Positions 1 through 3,405 of a stretch of 3,405 nt of DNA are shown one piece after another. How positions within the stretch are numbered: the first letter of the stretch is position 1; the number at the start of each line of letters is the position of its first letter. This DNA is from Enterobacteria phage M, in the sequence record JX625144, one strand, 5' to 3'. The notes under the pieces were generated by a model. It saw only the letters and a list, made by a program, of their open reading frames with translations, searched no databases and was not told the DNA's origin. Position numbers and translations under genes: made by a program.

Positions 1-89
1 GAGGTGGGACGACCTCTCGGTCGTCCTATCTACACATAATGTGTAGGTCCCGTTAGGGCCTATGCTCCCTCACAATGGAGGTTCCATAG
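1..89 (+). other. 5' untranslated leader with two stem-loops: an 8-bp stem 7-14/19-26 (GGACGACC/GGUCGUCC, loop UCUC) and a 7-bp stem 30-36/40-46 (CUACACA/UGUGUAG, loop UAA)
   Basis: Perfect inverted repeats read directly from the sequence. The G-rich 5' end followed immediately by a stable hairpin is the usual levivirus 5' terminus (template for minus-strand 3' end). GGAGG at 76-80 lies 9 nt upstream of the first ATG. Confidence 0.6.
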
Positions 90-1277
90 ATGTATATTGA
101 TGTTACTTCCCCTGTGTCTGAGACATGGTCCGGTACGTGTACCGTCCATCGCCCTGCGGATAAAGGGGGACCTTACCAGAAGACTATCTCTGGGAAAGTG
201 ACGACTTTATCCTCATCGCGAGCTACTTCCTCGGGAAAGAAGGGAACTGTGGTTATTGCCGGTGAGACGATACCTTGGGCATACCCAAGGCCGTACTCAC
301 GTTGCATTACCCAGCGAACCCCCCTCGGAGGTAGTTTCGAGCTAGTTGTTGACGGTTATCCGGCGACTCTCTTTGGTCGTATACCATCGGAGACGATGGT
401 TACGCCTGGAGGTTCGTCTGTTACCATAAAGAGAATTCCTAATGTAACGGACTTCTCTGGTTTACCAACTATCTCAAGAAACGAACGATCGCGTAACTAT
501 GCGTCGTTCGCCGACTCGTTTAATGACGGGTCGGAACTCGCGAATGCTGCCCTTGAGTTTGGTGACAATATCGCTCTCCTCGCTAATTTAGCGACGAGCG
601 TTATGTACTTCTACCGCGGGGTACGACACGGGTCTATTTCTGATCTTAATCGTGCCTTCGGCGGAGGAAAGATTCGTAGTGTCTCTAAAAATGCGTCTTC
701 ACGCTACTTAGAGTATATCTACGGTATCCAACCCACTCTCGATGACATTCATTCGACCTTTGAGGTACTAAAGAATACTCCTCTGTCGAATCTCATTGCT
801 AGGCGAAAACGCATGTTTACGCTTGACCGTGAGTTCTCCGACGGTGGATTCCGCTTTAGTGGTAAGTTACATCACCAAGTTGGGTGTCATTATTGGTTTG
901 ACTCGCCTGAGCTTCATAATATGAGCTCATTGGGTCTTATCAATCCTGCACTCATTGCTTGGAATGCTGTACCTTACAGCTTCGTACTGGATTGGGTCCT
1001 ACCGATTGGTAGTCTCCTAAATTCGCTCACCGCATATGCGGGTGCGAACTTCATTTCCGGGTGGGATACTCTCTACCTGGAAGGAACCTGTACGTGTGCT
1101 CCTCGTTATTCGTCACTATCGGCCTCCTGGCCGACAGCGTCCTCTCTTATCACGATAAAAGCGATGCGTCGACAGGCCCTTGCTGGGTTTCCCCGGCCGT
1201 TGCCTTTCGTCAAAAATCCTTTATCGACCACTCACCTTGTAAACTTTGCCGCCATGTGGCGTCAGCGTTACAAATAA
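90..1277 (+). CDS. mat: Maturation (A / attachment) protein, 395 aa
   Basis: First long ORF at the 5' end of a levivirus-organised genome. ATG at 90 is preceded by GGAGG (76-80) with a 9-nt spacer; stop TAA at 1275-1277. Size (395 aa) is typical for levivirus maturation proteins. Assignment rests on gene order and size; I cannot verify homology by eye. Confidence 0.85.
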   Translation: MYIDVTSPVSETWSGTCTVHRPADKGGPYQKTISGKVTTLSSSRATSSGKKGTVVIAGETIPWAYPRPYSRCITQRTPLGGSFELVVDGYPATLFGRIPSETMVTPGGSSVTIKRIPNVTDFSGLPTISRNERSRNYASFADSFNDGSELANAALEFGDNIALLANLATSVMYFYRGVRHGSISDLNRAFGGGKIRSVSKNASSRYLEYIYGIQPTLDDIHSTFEVLKNTPLSNLIARRKRMFTLDREFSDGGFRFSGKLHHQVGCHYWFDSPELHNMSSLGLINPALIAWNAVPYSFVLDWVLPIGSLLNSLTAYAGANFISGWDTLYLEGTCTCAPRYSSLSASWPTASSLITIKAMRRQALAGFPRPLPFVKNPLSTTHLVNFAAMWRQRYK

Positions 1278-1304
1278 CCGGCTTTGCCGTCAAAGGTATT
1301 TATT

Positions 1305-1706
1305 ATGCCTCAGCTCCAACCGCTGGTCCTCAAAGACCGTGCAGCTACACCAAAAGATCGTACCTTCTCTCCTTTCAATATTGAAGGAGGCGTTGGCTAC
1401 CTTGTTGAACGTACAGGGATTCCTGCGGGCGATAACACGTTTTCCATCTCCAGCCGTAAAACCGCTGGCGGAAAATACCGTGCTACCATCAAATTGATGA
1501 TGCCCGTGGTAACGACCAACCAATCGGTCAATGGAGTTACGGTTGTAACTTCTGAACGAGTGGCGGTTGCTACTTTGGAATTCCAGTTTGACGCTCGCTC
1601 TACTGAGCAAGAGCGTAAAGACCTGGTTAGCCTGATTCAGAGTTCTCTGGACCCGGCTAAATCTTTAGTCAATGACGCTGTTGTCAAACTGGAAGGCGTA
1701 TACTAA
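1305..1706 (+). CDS. cp: Coat (capsid) protein, 133 aa
   Basis: ATG at 1305 with AAGG (1293-1296) 8 nt upstream; stop TAA at 1704-1706. The ORF track begins this frame at an in-frame TTG (1284), but the ATG with SD is the more plausible start. Length of 133 aa and central position are typical of levivirus coats. The sequence (MPQLQPLVLKDR...FQFDARSTEQERKDL...VVKLEGVY) resembles PRR1/Qβ-type coat proteins as I recall them, including the C-terminal Y. Confidence 0.92.
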   Translation: MPQLQPLVLKDRAATPKDRTFSPFNIEGGVGYLVERTGIPAGDNTFSISSRKTAGGKYRATIKLMMPVVTTNQSVNGVTVVTSERVAVATLEFQFDARSTEQERKDLVSLIQSSLDPAKSLVNDAVVKLEGVY

Positions 1707-1727
1707 GTATTCGCCCTTTTACCCATA

Positions 1728-1741
1728 ACATAGGAATAACC

Positions 1742-1745
<4 letters not shown>
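1728..1745 (+). promoter_or_regulatory. Putative translational operator hairpin spanning the replicase start codon (coat-protein binding site)
   Basis: ACAU(1728-1731) pairs with AUGU(1742-1745), A1732 is unpaired (bulge), GG(1733-1734) pairs with CC(1740-1741), loop AAUAA (1735-1739). The replicase AUG (1742-1744) sits in the 3' arm. The architecture mirrors the MS2 operator (ACAUGAGGAUUACCCAUGU: lower stem, bulged A, GG/CC, A-rich loop). Confidence 0.6.
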
Positions 1746-3304
<1,559 letters not shown>

Positions 3305-3405
3305 CACCAAACTCGCCCGCAAGGGTGCCCCTAACGGGGGGGGTCTCATCACTCCTGATGAGATTTTGTTGTTACGGTAGATTGCTATGCTACCGTAACA
3401 CCCCA
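3305..3405 (+). other. 3' untranslated region with stem-loops: a 5-bp stem with GCAA (GNRA) tetraloop at 3314-3327, an 8-bp stem 3344-3351/3356-3363 (loop CUCC), and a terminal 10-bp stem 3371-3380/3390-3399 (9-nt loop), followed by ACCCCA-3'
   Basis: Inverted repeats read directly: GUUACGGUAG/CUACCGUAAC, UCUCAUCA/UGAUGAGA, and CGCCC/GGGUG with one G-U pair. A 3' terminal hairpin followed by unpaired ...CCCA is the conserved levivirus 3' end recognised by the replicase. A G8 run at 3336-3343 also lies in this region. Confidence 0.7.

Noticed and set aside
1284-1304. TTG at 1284 as the coat start (as drawn in the ORF track, giving MPSKVFI-MPQLQ...)
   Set aside because: An in-frame ATG at 1305 with AAGG 8 nt upstream gives a 133-aa coat of typical levivirus length; the TTG extension is an artefact of calling the first possible start.
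1246-1497. Plus-strand 83-aa ORF (TTG start) overlapping the mat stop and the coat 5' half in an alternative frame
   Set aside because: No AUG, no SD, and no clear transmembrane segment (the LLSILKEALATLL stretch is amphipathic at best); it overlaps the heavily constrained coat gene. Likely spurious.
1290-1610. Minus-strand ORF of 106 aa from the ORF track
   Set aside because: The genome is a positive-sense ssRNA phage; the minus strand is a replication intermediate, not an mRNA. The ORF is antisense to the coat gene and has no supporting signals.
1704-1733. Possible Qβ-style read-through extension of the coat protein (A1-like)
   Set aside because: The coat TAA (1704-1706) is followed in frame by TAG at 1731-1733 after only 8 codons, so no read-through domain is possible.
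1633-1741. MS2-type lysis gene overlapping the coat 3' end and replicase 5' end
   Set aside because: Frame 1 across this junction is interrupted by stops (1633-1635, 1660-1662, 1729-1731), and its only ATG (1672) gives a 19-aa non-hydrophobic peptide. No L-like ORF exists here.

Overview
This 3405-nt window reads as the complete cDNA genome of a small positive-sense ssRNA bacteriophage (levivirus, MS2/Qβ/PRR1-like), from 5' terminal hairpin to 3' terminal hairpin ending in CCCA. It carries the three canonical genes in canonical order, all on the + strand: maturation protein (90-1277), coat protein (1305-1706) and RNA-dependent RNA replicase (1742-3304, with YGDD motif). The most interesting feature is a candidate fourth gene not in the supplied ORF track: a 37-codon ORF (2991-3104) embedded in the +1 frame of the replicase 3' region, with a UUG start, an AGAGGA Shine-Dalgarno 8 nt upstream and one transmembrane-like helix, consistent with a single-gene lysis protein. 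There is no MS2-type lysis ORF at the coat/replicase junction. An MS2-like operator hairpin with a bulged A spans the replicase start codon. From memory only, the coat protein resembles PRR1-type coats and the genome size and embedded UUG-initiated lysis gene match what I recall of the IncM pilus-specific phage M; I could not run a search to confirm this. Minus-strand ORFs in the track are treated as non-coding antisense artefacts.
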